Shown: one piece after another, positions 28,592 to 37,159 of the stretch
Layout: every line of letters begins with the position of its first letter
How positions within the stretch are numbered: position 1 is the stretch's first letter
Source: Candidatus Multivorans sp.
GTDB taxonomy: Bacteria; Acidobacteriota; Thermoanaerobaculia; Multivoradales; Multivoraceae
Reading direction: 5' to 3'
Assembly (NCBI GenBank): GCA_965247095.1
Contig: OZ251997.1
Coordinates: 2,208,001-2,272,000 of the forward strand
Length of the DNA: 64,000 bases
The notes under the pieces: model-generated
Told to the model about the DNA's origin: nothing
What the model saw: only the letters and a program-made list of their open reading frames with translations
Databases searched by the model: none
Position numbers and translations under genes: made by a program

Positions 28592-30136
28592 CTACGGGCC
28601 GCTCGGCGATCGCACCGGTAGCTGCCAGGGTTCCGCGCCGTCCGGCAGGGCACTCAGGAACTCGGCGCCGACTTCGCCGTACCAGGCGTGGAGCCGCGCC
28701 CGCATCGCCGCGACACGCTCGGGTTGCTCGGCCGCCAGGTCGTTCCGCTCGCCTTCATCGGCTTCCAGGTCGTACAGGTGGACCCGGCCGTCTTCGTAGC
28801 GTTCGATCAGCTTGTAGGGACCCCGCGAGATCGCGCCGCCCGGGAAGCCGCCCTGGTTGCCGTAGTGGGGGTAGTGCCAGAACAGGTCGCGCTCGGCGGC
28901 CTCGGCGGACGCGGATTCGCCCGCCTCGCCGCCGTGGAGCAGGTCGAGGAAGCTGCGACCGTCCAGTTCAAGGTCGGGCCGCGGGTCGATCCCTGCAGCT
29001 TCGAGCAGCGTCGGGTAGAAGTCGGTGCTGATGACCGGCGCGTTGACCTCGCGGCCCGGCGCCGCCAAAGCGGGCCAGCGAACGATCAGCGGCGCCCGGA
29101 TGCCGCCCTCGTAGAGCCAGCCCTTGCCGCCCCGCAGCGGCAGGTTCGACGTCGGCGCCCCTTCCGCCGTTGACAGGCCGCCGTTGTCGGAGAAGAAGAA
29201 GACGATCGTGTTGTCGGCCAGGTCCAGGGCGTCCAACCGTTCGAGGATGCGGCCGACGCTGGTATCCAGGGTCTCGACCATCGCCGCGTAGACGGCGTGG
29301 TTCTGTACCTCGCGCACCCGCCGCGGTTCGTCCCGCGGCCAGACTTGCTCCTCGTCGCCGAAGTCCGCCGGCCTGGCCGGCGCACCCACCTCGACCCCGG
29401 CCTTCGCGGCGTACTTCGCGACCAACTCCGCCGGCGCCTGCAGCGGGGTGTGGACCGTGTAGTACGCGAGGTAGAGCAGGAAGGGCCTGCCCTCGTCGTC
29501 GGTCGCGTAGCCGTAGATCAGGTTCAGGGCCTCGTCGGTCAGGCGCCCGGTGAGATGTTCGTCCTCAGGGCCGTCCTCCAGGGTCGGGTTCGAGTAGGGC
29601 GAGAAGTAACTCCGGGGCATACCGCCGCGGTGGCCGCCGACGTTCACCTCGAAACCCTGCGCCAGCGGCCAGAACTCCTCCGTCGGCCCCAGGTGCCACT
29701 TGCCCAGGAACGCTGTGCTGTAGCCGCCGTCGCGAAGCGCCTCGGCGAGGGTGTACTCCTCGATCGCCATCCGGTCATTGAGCGGCGCCGGCGCGAACGA
29801 CTCCTGGCGGCGGCCGCTGAAGTAGTTCGTGGCGCCCACCCGGGTCGGGTAGCGGCCGGTCATGATGCTGAACCGGGTCGGACTGCACACCGGGTTCGCG
29901 GCGTAGCCGCGCGTGAAGCGGACGCCGCCGGCAGCCAGCCGGTCGATGTTCGGCGTCTCGTAGAAGGTGTCCGGGTTGAAGGCGCCGATGTCCATCGCGC
30001 CCAGGTCGTCGACCAGCAGGAAGACGATGTTCGGCGGCTGGGCGGGTGGGCCGTCGGGCTCACCGCCGGCGCCCCCACAAGCGGTGAGGAGCACCAGAAG
30101 GGCCAGTACCACTGCCTTGGCGGCGCAATTCATCAA
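28592..30136 (-). CDS. Arylsulfatase-family sulfatase (lipoprotein), paralog 2
   Basis: LTAC lipobox; same motifs; highly similar to 26996..28546. Confidence 0.93.
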   Translation of the reverse strand: MMNCAAKAVVLALLVLLTACGGAGGEPDGPPAQPPNIVFLLVDDLGAMDIGAFNPDTFYETPNIDRLAAGGVRFTRGYAANPVCSPTRFSIMTGRYPTRVGATNYFSGRRQESFAPAPLNDRMAIEEYTLAEALRDGGYSTAFLGKWHLGPTEEFWPLAQGFEVNVGGHRGGMPRSYFSPYSNPTLEDGPEDEHLTGRLTDEALNLIYGYATDDEGRPFLLYLAYYTVHTPLQAPAELVAKYAAKAGVEVGAPARPADFGDEEQVWPRDEPRRVREVQNHAVYAAMVETLDTSVGRILERLDALDLADNTIVFFFSDNGGLSTAEGAPTSNLPLRGGKGWLYEGGIRAPLIVRWPALAAPGREVNAPVISTDFYPTLLEAAGIDPRPDLELDGRSFLDLLHGGEAGESASAEAAERDLFWHYPHYGNQGGFPGGAISRGPYKLIERYEDGRVHLYDLEADEGERNDLAAEQPERVAAMRARLHAWYGEVGAEFLSALPDGAEPWQLPVRSPSGP

Positions 30137-30161
30137 AGTGAAGCCTAGCCTGCACGCGACA

Positions 30162-30215
30162 CCCCAGGTCGGCGCCTGGGGCGGCGTCTCGCCCGCATCC
30201 GGCGCGAAGAGCCGG
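30162..30215 (+). repeat. REP-like palindromic element, intergenic copy
   Basis: GGCGTCTCGCCCGCATCCGGCGC, identical to the core of the 38167-38285 copy. Confidence 0.7.
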
Positions 30216-30277
30216 TCCGGCTGGGGCTACAATCGGGGACCGCCTCAGGGCGAGCTTCCGACTCGGGGAGAGAAGTC

Positions 30278-31738
30278 ATGTCCGCAATCACCCGCCGCGT
30301 ATTCCTTGGCTCCGCCGCCGCGGCCGCCGCCACGACCAGTCTGGGCTGCCGCGCGTCAGTGGGCGCCCCGAGCCCGAACGAGGCCCTCCGCGTCGCTGTT
30401 GTAGGACTGCGGAGTCGCGGGAACGATCACCTGAATCAGTTCGCCAAACTGCCCGGCGTCGAGGTCGCCGCGCTTTGTGACGTCGACCGCAACGTCCTCG
30501 AAGCGGCAAAGGCGAAGGCGGTCGAACTCGGCGCCGACCCGATGACGATCGTCGACTACCGCGACCTGCTGGCGCGCGACGACATCGACGCGGTGTCGAT
30601 CGCCACCCCGAACCACTGGCACGCGCTGATGGCGGTGTGGGCCTGCCAGGCGGGCAAGGACGTCTACCTGGAGAAGCCGGTCTCCCACAATGTCTGGGAG
30701 GGACGCCAGATCGTCCACGCGGCGAAGAAGTACGAGCGGATCGTCCAGACCGGCACCCAGATCCGCTCGTCACCGTCGATCCAGGACGCCCTGGCGTGGG
30801 TCAACGAGGGTCACCTGGGCGAGATCCAGCTCGCCCGCGGCCTCTGCTACAAGCCGCGCCAGAGCATCGGCCGGGTCGAGGGCGCCCAGAAGGTCGACCC
30901 CGCGGTCGACTACGACCTGTGGTGCGGTCCGGCGCCGAAGAATCCCTTGATGCGCGAGCGCCTGCACTACGACTGGCACTGGGTGTTCGACACCGGCAAC
31001 GGGGACCTGGGCAACCAGGGCATCCACCAGATGGACATCGCGCGCTGGGCCCTCGGCGAAAACGCCCTGCCGCCGCGCACGATCAGCGTCGGCGGCCGCT
31101 TCGGCTACCTCGACGACGGCAACACCCCGAACACCCAGTTCGTGTACCACGACTACGAGCGGGCGCCCCTGCTGTTCGAGGTCCGCGGCCTGCCGCGCGA
31201 CGCCGAGGCCCAGGCCGGCGAATGGCGCGAGGGCATGGACGACTACATGGGCGCCAGCATCGGCGTCATCGTTCACTGCGAGGGCGGCTATCTGCAGATC
31301 CCGAGCTACACGAGTGCAACGGCGTATGACAAGAAGGGCAAAAAGCTCGAGACCTGGAAGGGCGGCGGCAACCACTACGCGAACTTCGTCGACGCCGTGC
31401 ATAGCCGCCGGGGCGCGGACCTGACCGCCTCGATCGAGGACGGCCACCTCTCGAGCGCGCTTTGCCACCTGGGCAACGTGTCGTACATGCGAGGCGAAGC
31501 TGCCGGGCCCGCCAAGATCGCCAAGGTTGCCGGGAAGCTGCGCAACGCCGGCGATACCGCGGACCGGTTCCTCGATCACCTCGCCAAGAACGGCATCGAC
31601 CCCGAGATCGACCAGCCGATCGTCGGCCAGTGGCTCGAGATCGACCCGGATTCCGAGACGATCGAAGGCGACGAGCAAGCGAACCGCTTGCTCACCCGCG
31701 AGTACCGCGAGCCCTTCGTGGTGCCCGAGGTCGTCTGA
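30278..31738 (+). CDS. Tat-exported Gfo/Idh/MocA oxidoreductase
   Basis: TRRVFL, ATPNHWH, DVYLEKP, GDLGNQGIHQMD. Confidence 0.9.
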   Translation: MSAITRRVFLGSAAAAAATTSLGCRASVGAPSPNEALRVAVVGLRSRGNDHLNQFAKLPGVEVAALCDVDRNVLEAAKAKAVELGADPMTIVDYRDLLARDDIDAVSIATPNHWHALMAVWACQAGKDVYLEKPVSHNVWEGRQIVHAAKKYERIVQTGTQIRSSPSIQDALAWVNEGHLGEIQLARGLCYKPRQSIGRVEGAQKVDPAVDYDLWCGPAPKNPLMRERLHYDWHWVFDTGNGDLGNQGIHQMDIARWALGENALPPRTISVGGRFGYLDDGNTPNTQFVYHDYERAPLLFEVRGLPRDAEAQAGEWREGMDDYMGASIGVIVHCEGGYLQIPSYTSATAYDKKGKKLETWKGGGNHYANFVDAVHSRRGADLTASIEDGHLSSALCHLGNVSYMRGEAAGPAKIAKVAGKLRNAGDTADRFLDHLAKNGIDPEIDQPIVGQWLEIDPDSETIEGDEQANRLLTREYREPFVVPEVV

Positions 31739-32478
31739 TGGGCGGCTGGATCCTCCGTTCCTGGGAACCCGGGTGGCGCGATCCCGTGGCACTCGCCGCC
31801 CTTGGCGTGATCCTCGTCCTCTTCGGCGCCGGCGCCATCCAGGCCCAGTCCGGCGTCCTCGACGGCTACGAACTCGTCTACTCCCAGGACTTCGCCGACG
31901 CCTCGGCACTCGACGACTTCACCTTCAGCGACCAGCGGGCCTGGAAGTACGGCAACGAAGGAGGCCGCGGCTACCTCGATCTTGTAGGCGGCAGCAAGTA
32001 CAAGCCGAAGCATCGCTCGCCGCTCAACATCGCCCTGATCGACGATCTCCTGCTCGCCGACTTCGTCCTCGAAGCCGAGGCCTGGCAGACCGGCCGCGAG
32101 TACGGCCACCGCGACCTCAGCCTCTTCTTCGGCTTCGAGGGCCCGAACCGCTACTACTACGCCCACCTCGCGACCGAACCCGACGACCGCGCCCACAACA
32201 TCTTCCTGGTCGACAACGCGGACCGTGCCCCGCTCGGCGCCATTCCGGACGAGGGCGTCGACTGGGGCAAGGGGTGGAAGCGCGTGCGCGTCGAACGCCG
32301 CGATGGAGCACTTCGCGTCTACTTCGACGGCGAGAAAGATCCCACCGTATCGACCGACCGGGACCCGCTCGGCTGGGGCCGTGTCGGTTTCGGTTCGTTC
32401 GACGACTCAGGGCGCTTCAGCAAGGTGCGGATCTGGGCGCCGGAGAAGAGGCGCGCGCCGAAGCCGGCGTTCAAGTAG
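31738..32478 (+). CDS. Secreted ConA/DUF1080-like beta-sandwich protein
   Basis: TGATG coupling; signal LAALGVILVLFGAGAIQAQ; DFVLEAE..GRVGFGSFDD. Confidence 0.7.
   Translation: MGGWILRSWEPGWRDPVALAALGVILVLFGAGAIQAQSGVLDGYELVYSQDFADASALDDFTFSDQRAWKYGNEGGRGYLDLVGGSKYKPKHRSPLNIALIDDLLLADFVLEAEAWQTGREYGHRDLSLFFGFEGPNRYYYAHLATEPDDRAHNIFLVDNADRAPLGAIPDEGVDWGKGWKRVRVERRDGALRVYFDGEKDPTVSTDRDPLGWGRVGFGSFDDSGRFSKVRIWAPEKRRAPKPAFK
31761..31796 (+). repeat. REP-like element fragment within signal-peptide coding region
   Basis: GGGAACCCGGGTGGCGCGATCCCG identical to reverse complement of 38256-38279. Confidence 0.7.
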
Positions 32479-32836
32479 CGAACCATTGGCGCCCGGCGGC
32501 CCCATGAGCGCGATCCGGCGCGTCGTCTGGGAGTCGGACAGCCGGGCCGGTCGTGTGTTCGACACGGTCGTGCTGTCCGTGATCGTCGGCGGGCTGGTCG
32601 TGGACGGCATCGTGACTCTGGAGAGTCTCGGCCCAAGAGTTCACCAGGTCCTCGTCCTGGCCAGCACAGTGGTCACGACCCTGTTCGTGACGGAGTACCT
32701 GCTGCGCCTCGCAACTGCGCCGAAACGATGGCGGTACGTAACGAGCTTCTACGGCGTCGTCCCCTCTCTGCCAACGTACGTGACACAGCGGCCATCCCGT
32801 TGAATAGTGGAGGGCACACGTTGGCAAGGAGGATCA

Positions 32837-33322
32837 ATGTCAAGACGAGAGCAGAGGTTTGGCGGCGGCTCGGAGCTCCCGGCCGCGGGGGTTGAGGAGC
32901 GTAGCGACGAGGCCCCCGCGGCCGGCGCGGCGCCCGCCGGGGCGGTTCCCGACCCGGAAGTGCTGGCGAGACCGACCAGGCGGCAGTTCACGGCGGAGTA
33001 CCGGCTGCGGATTCTGGAGGAAGCGGACCGATGCACCCACCGCGGCGAGGTGGGTCGGCTGCTGCGGCGAGAGGGTCTGTACAGCTCCCATCTGGCCAAC
33101 TGGCGCAAGGCGCGGCGCGAGGGCGCGCTTTCCGGTCTGAGGCCGAAGAAGCGGGGCCGCAAGCCGAACGAGGCCAACCCTCTGATGCCGAAGGTGAAGC
33201 GGCTGGAAGCGAAGGTCAAGCGTCTCGAGAGGGAAGTCGCCGCCGCGCACACGATCCTGGACGTCCAGGGAAAAGTTGCAGGGCTGCTGGGATTCAGCCT
33301 CGAAGACGGGAAGGACTGCTGA
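32837..33322 (+). CDS. IS3-family transposase OrfA (HTH)
   Basis: RRQFTAEYRLRILEEAD..LLRREGLYSSHLANWR, coiled coil; AGGAGG RBS; G GGA AAA slippery site at 33268-33274. Confidence 0.88.
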   Translation: MSRREQRFGGGSELPAAGVEERSDEAPAAGAAPAGAVPDPEVLARPTRRQFTAEYRLRILEEADRCTHRGEVGRLLRREGLYSSHLANWRKARREGALSGLRPKKRGRKPNEANPLMPKVKRLEAKVKRLEREVAAAHTILDVQGKVAGLLGFSLEDGKDC

Positions 33323-34320
33323 TGGCGGCAAGGTCCCTGGCCCGGCAGGTCGGCGTCGCGCCGGCGTGCCGGGCGCTGGGCGTATCGCGATCGACCTTCT
33401 ATCGTCGTGCGAGGCCCGCTCCCGGGCGACGGCAGCCCCGCCCCACGCCTGCCCGGGCACTGAGCCAGATCGAGCGGAAACGGGTCGAGGCCACGCTTGC
33501 GTCGCCGCGTTTCGTCGATCGTTCGCCGGGAGAAGTGGTGGCCACCCTGCTCGACGAGGGCCGCTACCTGTGCTCGGAGCGCACGATGTACCGCATCCTC
33601 GAAGCGAACCACCCCGTGAGGGACCGCCGCAACCAGCGCGTCCATCCGTCGTACGCCAAGCCGGAGCTGGTCGCTGTCGCGCCCAACCAGGTCTGGTCGT
33701 GGGACATCACCAGGCTGCTCGGACCGCAGACCTGGACCTACTACTACCTCTACGTCCTGCTTGACCTCCTAAGCCGCTACGCGGTCGGCTGGATGGTCGC
33801 CGACCGCGAGAACTCCGCGCTCGCCCAAAGGCTCATCGAGGAGACCTGCCTCAAGCACGGCGTCAAGCCCCATGTCCTGACCCTGCATTCCGATCGAGGC
33901 GCCCCCATGACCAGCCAGGGTACCGCCCAACTGCTCGCCCGCCTCGGCGTGAACCGGTCCCTGGGCCGCCCGCGGGTCAGCGACGACAACCCCTACTCCG
34001 AAGCACAGTTCAAGACCCTCAAGTACCACCCCGACTTCCCCAGCCGCTTCCCCAACCAGGACGCCGCGACCGACTACTGCAGGTCCTTCTTCCCCTGGTA
34101 CAACACGGAACACCGCCATGCCGGCATCGCCATGCTGACCCCCGAGACCGTCCACTACGGCCGGGCGCAAGCCGTGATCGAGCAGCGCCAACGCACGCTG
34201 AGCGCCGCCTGGGAAAGCTCCCCCGAACGATTCGTCGGCGGCCAACCGATGCATACGCCACTGCCCCAGGCCGTCTGGATCAACAAGCCCGACAACGAGA
34301 CTGCAGAGACGACTCAGTAA
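33322..34320 (+). CDS. IS3-family transposase OrfB (DDE integrase core)
   Basis: PNQVWSWDIT, HSDRG, DNPYSEAQFKTLK, WYNTEHRH. Confidence 0.92.
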   Translation: MAARSLARQVGVAPACRALGVSRSTFYRRARPAPGRRQPRPTPARALSQIERKRVEATLASPRFVDRSPGEVVATLLDEGRYLCSERTMYRILEANHPVRDRRNQRVHPSYAKPELVAVAPNQVWSWDITRLLGPQTWTYYYLYVLLDLLSRYAVGWMVADRENSALAQRLIEETCLKHGVKPHVLTLHSDRGAPMTSQGTAQLLARLGVNRSLGRPRVSDDNPYSEAQFKTLKYHPDFPSRFPNQDAATDYCRSFFPWYNTEHRHAGIAMLTPETVHYGRAQAVIEQRQRTLSAAWESSPERFVGGQPMHTPLPQAVWINKPDNETAETTQ

Positions 34321-34885
34321 ATCCAGAACCCCGCTGTGTCAATGTCGTTGACAGGTTCCGCGTCGACCTGGCGGCGATCCTGCCAACCCTGCTCGGCTTG
34401 GACCTGCGGGCGCTACGAGCCTTCAGGCTGTTCAGGCTCCTCCGCCTCTTGAAGGTCACCCGGGCAAAGGCGCTGAATCGCTTCGGGAAAGCACTGTGGA
34501 CCGTCAAGGACGAGGGTCTGATCTTCCTGTTCAGCACAACGCTTGTGTTGTACCTGGCAGCGGCGGGCATCTACCACTTCGAACACGAGGCGCAGCCCGA
34601 GACCTTCGGCTCCATCCCCGAGAGCCTGTGGTGGGCCGTGGCGACGCTTACCACCGTCGGCTACGGCGACGCCTACCCTGTGACTGCTGGAGGTCGCGTG
34701 TTCACAACGGTGATCCTGCTCTGCGGCATGGGCATTGTTGCGGTGCCCGCGGGTCTGGTGGCAACTGCGCTGACTAGAGCAGGGCAGAAGGACGACACGT
34801 AGGAGCCGTAGCGGTCGGCCCGGCTGATAGCTCGAAGCGCCACGACAGTACACCACGAGACAAAGGGCTGCGCCGAGGGCCGGAG

Positions 34886-34952
34886 AGCCGGCGCTTTCCG
34901 CCGGATGCGGGCGAGACGCTCGCGTTCCCAGGGCGGAAGCCGCCAGGCTTCC
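34886..34952 (-). repeat. REP-like palindromic element
   Basis: Reverse strand CTTCCGCCCTGGGAACGCGAGCGTCTCGCCCGCATCCGGCG; matches 57920-57960 and the 38167 copy. Confidence 0.8.
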
Positions 34953-35121
34953 AACGCGGCCTTCTTTATCGACGATGTCGACAACCCGTACACCGGAGCC
35001 CCGGGGACTCATTTCAACTGGATCCAGGGCAACGTCGTCGGCGGCCGGTCGATGGCGCGGCAGTCGTACCGGATGATCCCGGACGGCTACGAGCTCGTCT
35101 ACTCCCAGGACTTCGCCGACG
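34953..35121 (+). other. Chimeric gene-fragment scar: copy of 39739-39868 joined to copy of 31861-31900
   Basis: FFIDDVDNPYT.APGTHFNWIQGNVVGGRS..ARQSYRM from the GMC gene plus DGYELVYSQDFAD from the 31738 gene (39/40 nt identical). Confidence 0.9.
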
Positions 35122-35213
35122 ATTCCGCCCCTAAAACCACACCCCAAAAACGATCCGAGCTAGAATCGGCTCGCCCAACGGCCAGTGCCCGACTCTTAGG
35201 GCGCCCCAGTGAC

Positions 35214-35927
35214 ATGAGCGACACTCCAGAATCTCCAGGCTCCAGCGGACCGAGCGTCCATCTGGCCCAGTTTTCGATAGTCCTCGTGGTGAACCAGATC
35301 GATCCTTCGATCTTCAACCCGGACTTTCTGCGGCACAACCAGATCGTAGACCCCGATTCTCAAGTGTCCGAACCGCCGACCACGACACCGCAATTCGCGC
35401 AGGTTCGCTTCAAAGATGCAGTCGCCGTAAAGGTCGACCCGAAACGAGTGATCTTCGAACAAACCGGAGACCCTCTCCAACCTCGCGAACTCCGGCCTCC
35501 TGGCATGGCCATGCGATTTGCAACTCTCTTCCCCAACGTCGTCTACAAGGCCATCGGCATCAACCCCACCGGTGTTCCATTCCTCGACGGCGCAGTCGAT
35601 CACCGCGTCCACATACGCGACATCTTACTTGATCAGGGCCAATGGCTTTGTTTCAACAACGCGAGACCGAAGCTCAATCTCCACGCTGCCTATCGCTTGC
35701 CGGATAAGAACATAACCCTCGATGTTCTGGATGCCGACTCCTCAGAACCGGAGGCCAGCCCGCGAACGATTGTCGCGTTCCGCGCGAACATCCACCGCGA
35801 GCTGCAAGAGACAGATCAAATCGAGAGAAACCAGCATCTGCTCTCTGTCCTCGCCAAGTGGGACGAGGATCTGAAGGACTTCGAGGCACTGGTCACGAAC
35901 TTCATCTCCAAGAGTACAACGCCATGA
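35214..35927 (+). CDS. Hypothetical protein (possibly TIGR04255-like), gene 1 of three-gene module
   Basis: SIVLV..DPSIFNPDFLR..IV, AIGINP, FRANIHREL; TAGAAT at 35161; ATGA overlap with gene 2; family call is from memory of motif only. Confidence 0.7.
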   Translation: MSDTPESPGSSGPSVHLAQFSIVLVVNQIDPSIFNPDFLRHNQIVDPDSQVSEPPTTTPQFAQVRFKDAVAVKVDPKRVIFEQTGDPLQPRELRPPGMAMRFATLFPNVVYKAIGINPTGVPFLDGAVDHRVHIRDILLDQGQWLCFNNARPKLNLHAAYRLPDKNITLDVLDADSSEPEASPRTIVAFRANIHRELQETDQIERNQHLLSVLAKWDEDLKDFEALVTNFISKSTTP

Positions 35928-36637
35928 ACGAGTCGACCCTTGATCCGCTCCGATCAGATCGAAGCGCGTCAGCACTTCCCGTCATCGCGTCAATAGGCAT
36001 ATGTCCGTCAACCACAAGCGGCTTTGACATGCCTGAGGACCCCATCACTACCGGCCTTCTTGACCACCATACAGCGGTGACTCTATGGGGTTTCGAACCT
36101 CCACCGACAACGTGCGTGATGACCTCCATTCCCCAGGAACGACCATGGGTCGTCACTCAGCTCGAGTACCACCGAGCCGCCCCAGGCGCGACGAGTTCTC
36201 GGAACACTTCGGATCCGGAACACCCCGAACCGACCTTGCCATTTTGGAGCACGCAGCCCGCGAAGGATCCAAAGGACTTGGCTGAAGCGCTAGGAGACCT
36301 TCAGGAGGTAGCCCAGGAAGCTCTCGAAGAGGGATTCCAGCAACCTACCGAGACCGCTGTGAAGAACGCTGCTCGACTAGTGCGGGCCATCTTTGGCGTG
36401 CACCCATGCCGGCTCGAGGTATACCCCACGGCCGACGGTGAAATCGCTATCGATGCCGCCGGCGAGCACCGCGGGTCGGTCATCCTTCTTTGCGCCGCTG
36501 CGGGCGGCGCCCTGTGCCTCGTTAACACGGGCAACGGTAGTCACCGTGCGCGCTACTCCGAGGTAGACCAACTCCCCGACTGGTTCTTGAGCGAGGCCCT
36601 TGCGGAACTTTCTCGTCTGAACCGGGGCGCTGCATGA
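35924..36637 (+). CDS. Hypothetical protein, gene 2 of three-gene module
   Basis: ATGA overlaps at both ends; P/T/S-rich N-half, compact C-half (EVYPTADGEIAID). Confidence 0.7.
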   Translation: MNESTLDPLRSDRSASALPVIASIGICPSTTSGFDMPEDPITTGLLDHHTAVTLWGFEPPPTTCVMTSIPQERPWVVTQLEYHRAAPGATSSRNTSDPEHPEPTLPFWSTQPAKDPKDLAEALGDLQEVAQEALEEGFQQPTETAVKNAARLVRAIFGVHPCRLEVYPTADGEIAIDAAGEHRGSVILLCAAAGGALCLVNTGNGSHRARYSEVDQLPDWFLSEALAELSRLNRGAA

Positions 36638-37053
36638 CCGCACCCGCAGTCGTCCAGTCCGATGAAGCACTCGGGCGTGGCGTCTTCTCGCGGAAAGAAG
36701 CCAAGAGGGCGCAACGTCGACGCAGAGTGCGCCTAAACGTTCTTCTCGAGAAGGCGGGAGTCGCAGAAATCTCAGTTGACCGCTTGGACTGCGCTCCTCT
36801 AGAGAAAGCAGTCAGCCTTGGCGAAAAGGCGGCCCAGAATCGGGTCGGACCCTTCTGTGGATGGGCTGTCGTGAGCGCAGAAGCTGCTGCGGACAACGGT
36901 CGCCGTGTGGCCGCGACCCCACAACCGGAGAACCCGATCCACGCCGATATCGTCTTGCCAGCTCTCGCGGCGGTAGACCGGGAGGAACAGAAGGAGCACG
37001 CTCAGCAACTCGCCGACCTATCCACGTGGCGTGCCCGACCCAGTCAGCCATAG
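36634..37053 (+). CDS. Small hypothetical protein with ART/RES-like motif pattern, gene 3 of module
   Basis: DEALGRGV..EISVDRL..ENPIHADI; 139 aa; ATGA overlap; fold assignment is inference. Confidence 0.6.
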   Translation: MTAPAVVQSDEALGRGVFSRKEAKRAQRRRRVRLNVLLEKAGVAEISVDRLDCAPLEKAVSLGEKAAQNRVGPFCGWAVVSAEAAADNGRRVAATPQPENPIHADIVLPALAAVDREEQKEHAQQLADLSTWRARPSQP

Positions 37054-37159
37054 TCGTAGCCTCAACCTGACAGCCCGCGTCCACTTTGGGCGCACGCCTC
37101 ACCGGGCGTCCGTTCCAGACGTCTAGCGGGCGGCGTGACGTCAACCAAGGAACGTGCCA

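Larger units (their letters stand above)
32762..34360 (+). mobile_element. IS3-family insertion sequence (1599 bp) with 4-bp target duplication CGTC
   Basis: Imperfect IRs TGCCAACGTACGTGACACAGCGG / CCGCTGTGTCAATGTCGTTGACA; CGTC at 32758-32761 and 34361-34364; orfA+orfB. Confidence 0.9.
32504..34802 (+). pseudogene. Voltage-gated-type potassium channel (ion transporter) split by IS insertion
   Basis: Removing 32762-34364 restores ..TSFYGVVDLAAILP..RALRAFRLFRLLRLLK (S4)..WWAVATLTTVGYGD (K+ filter). Confidence 0.9.
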
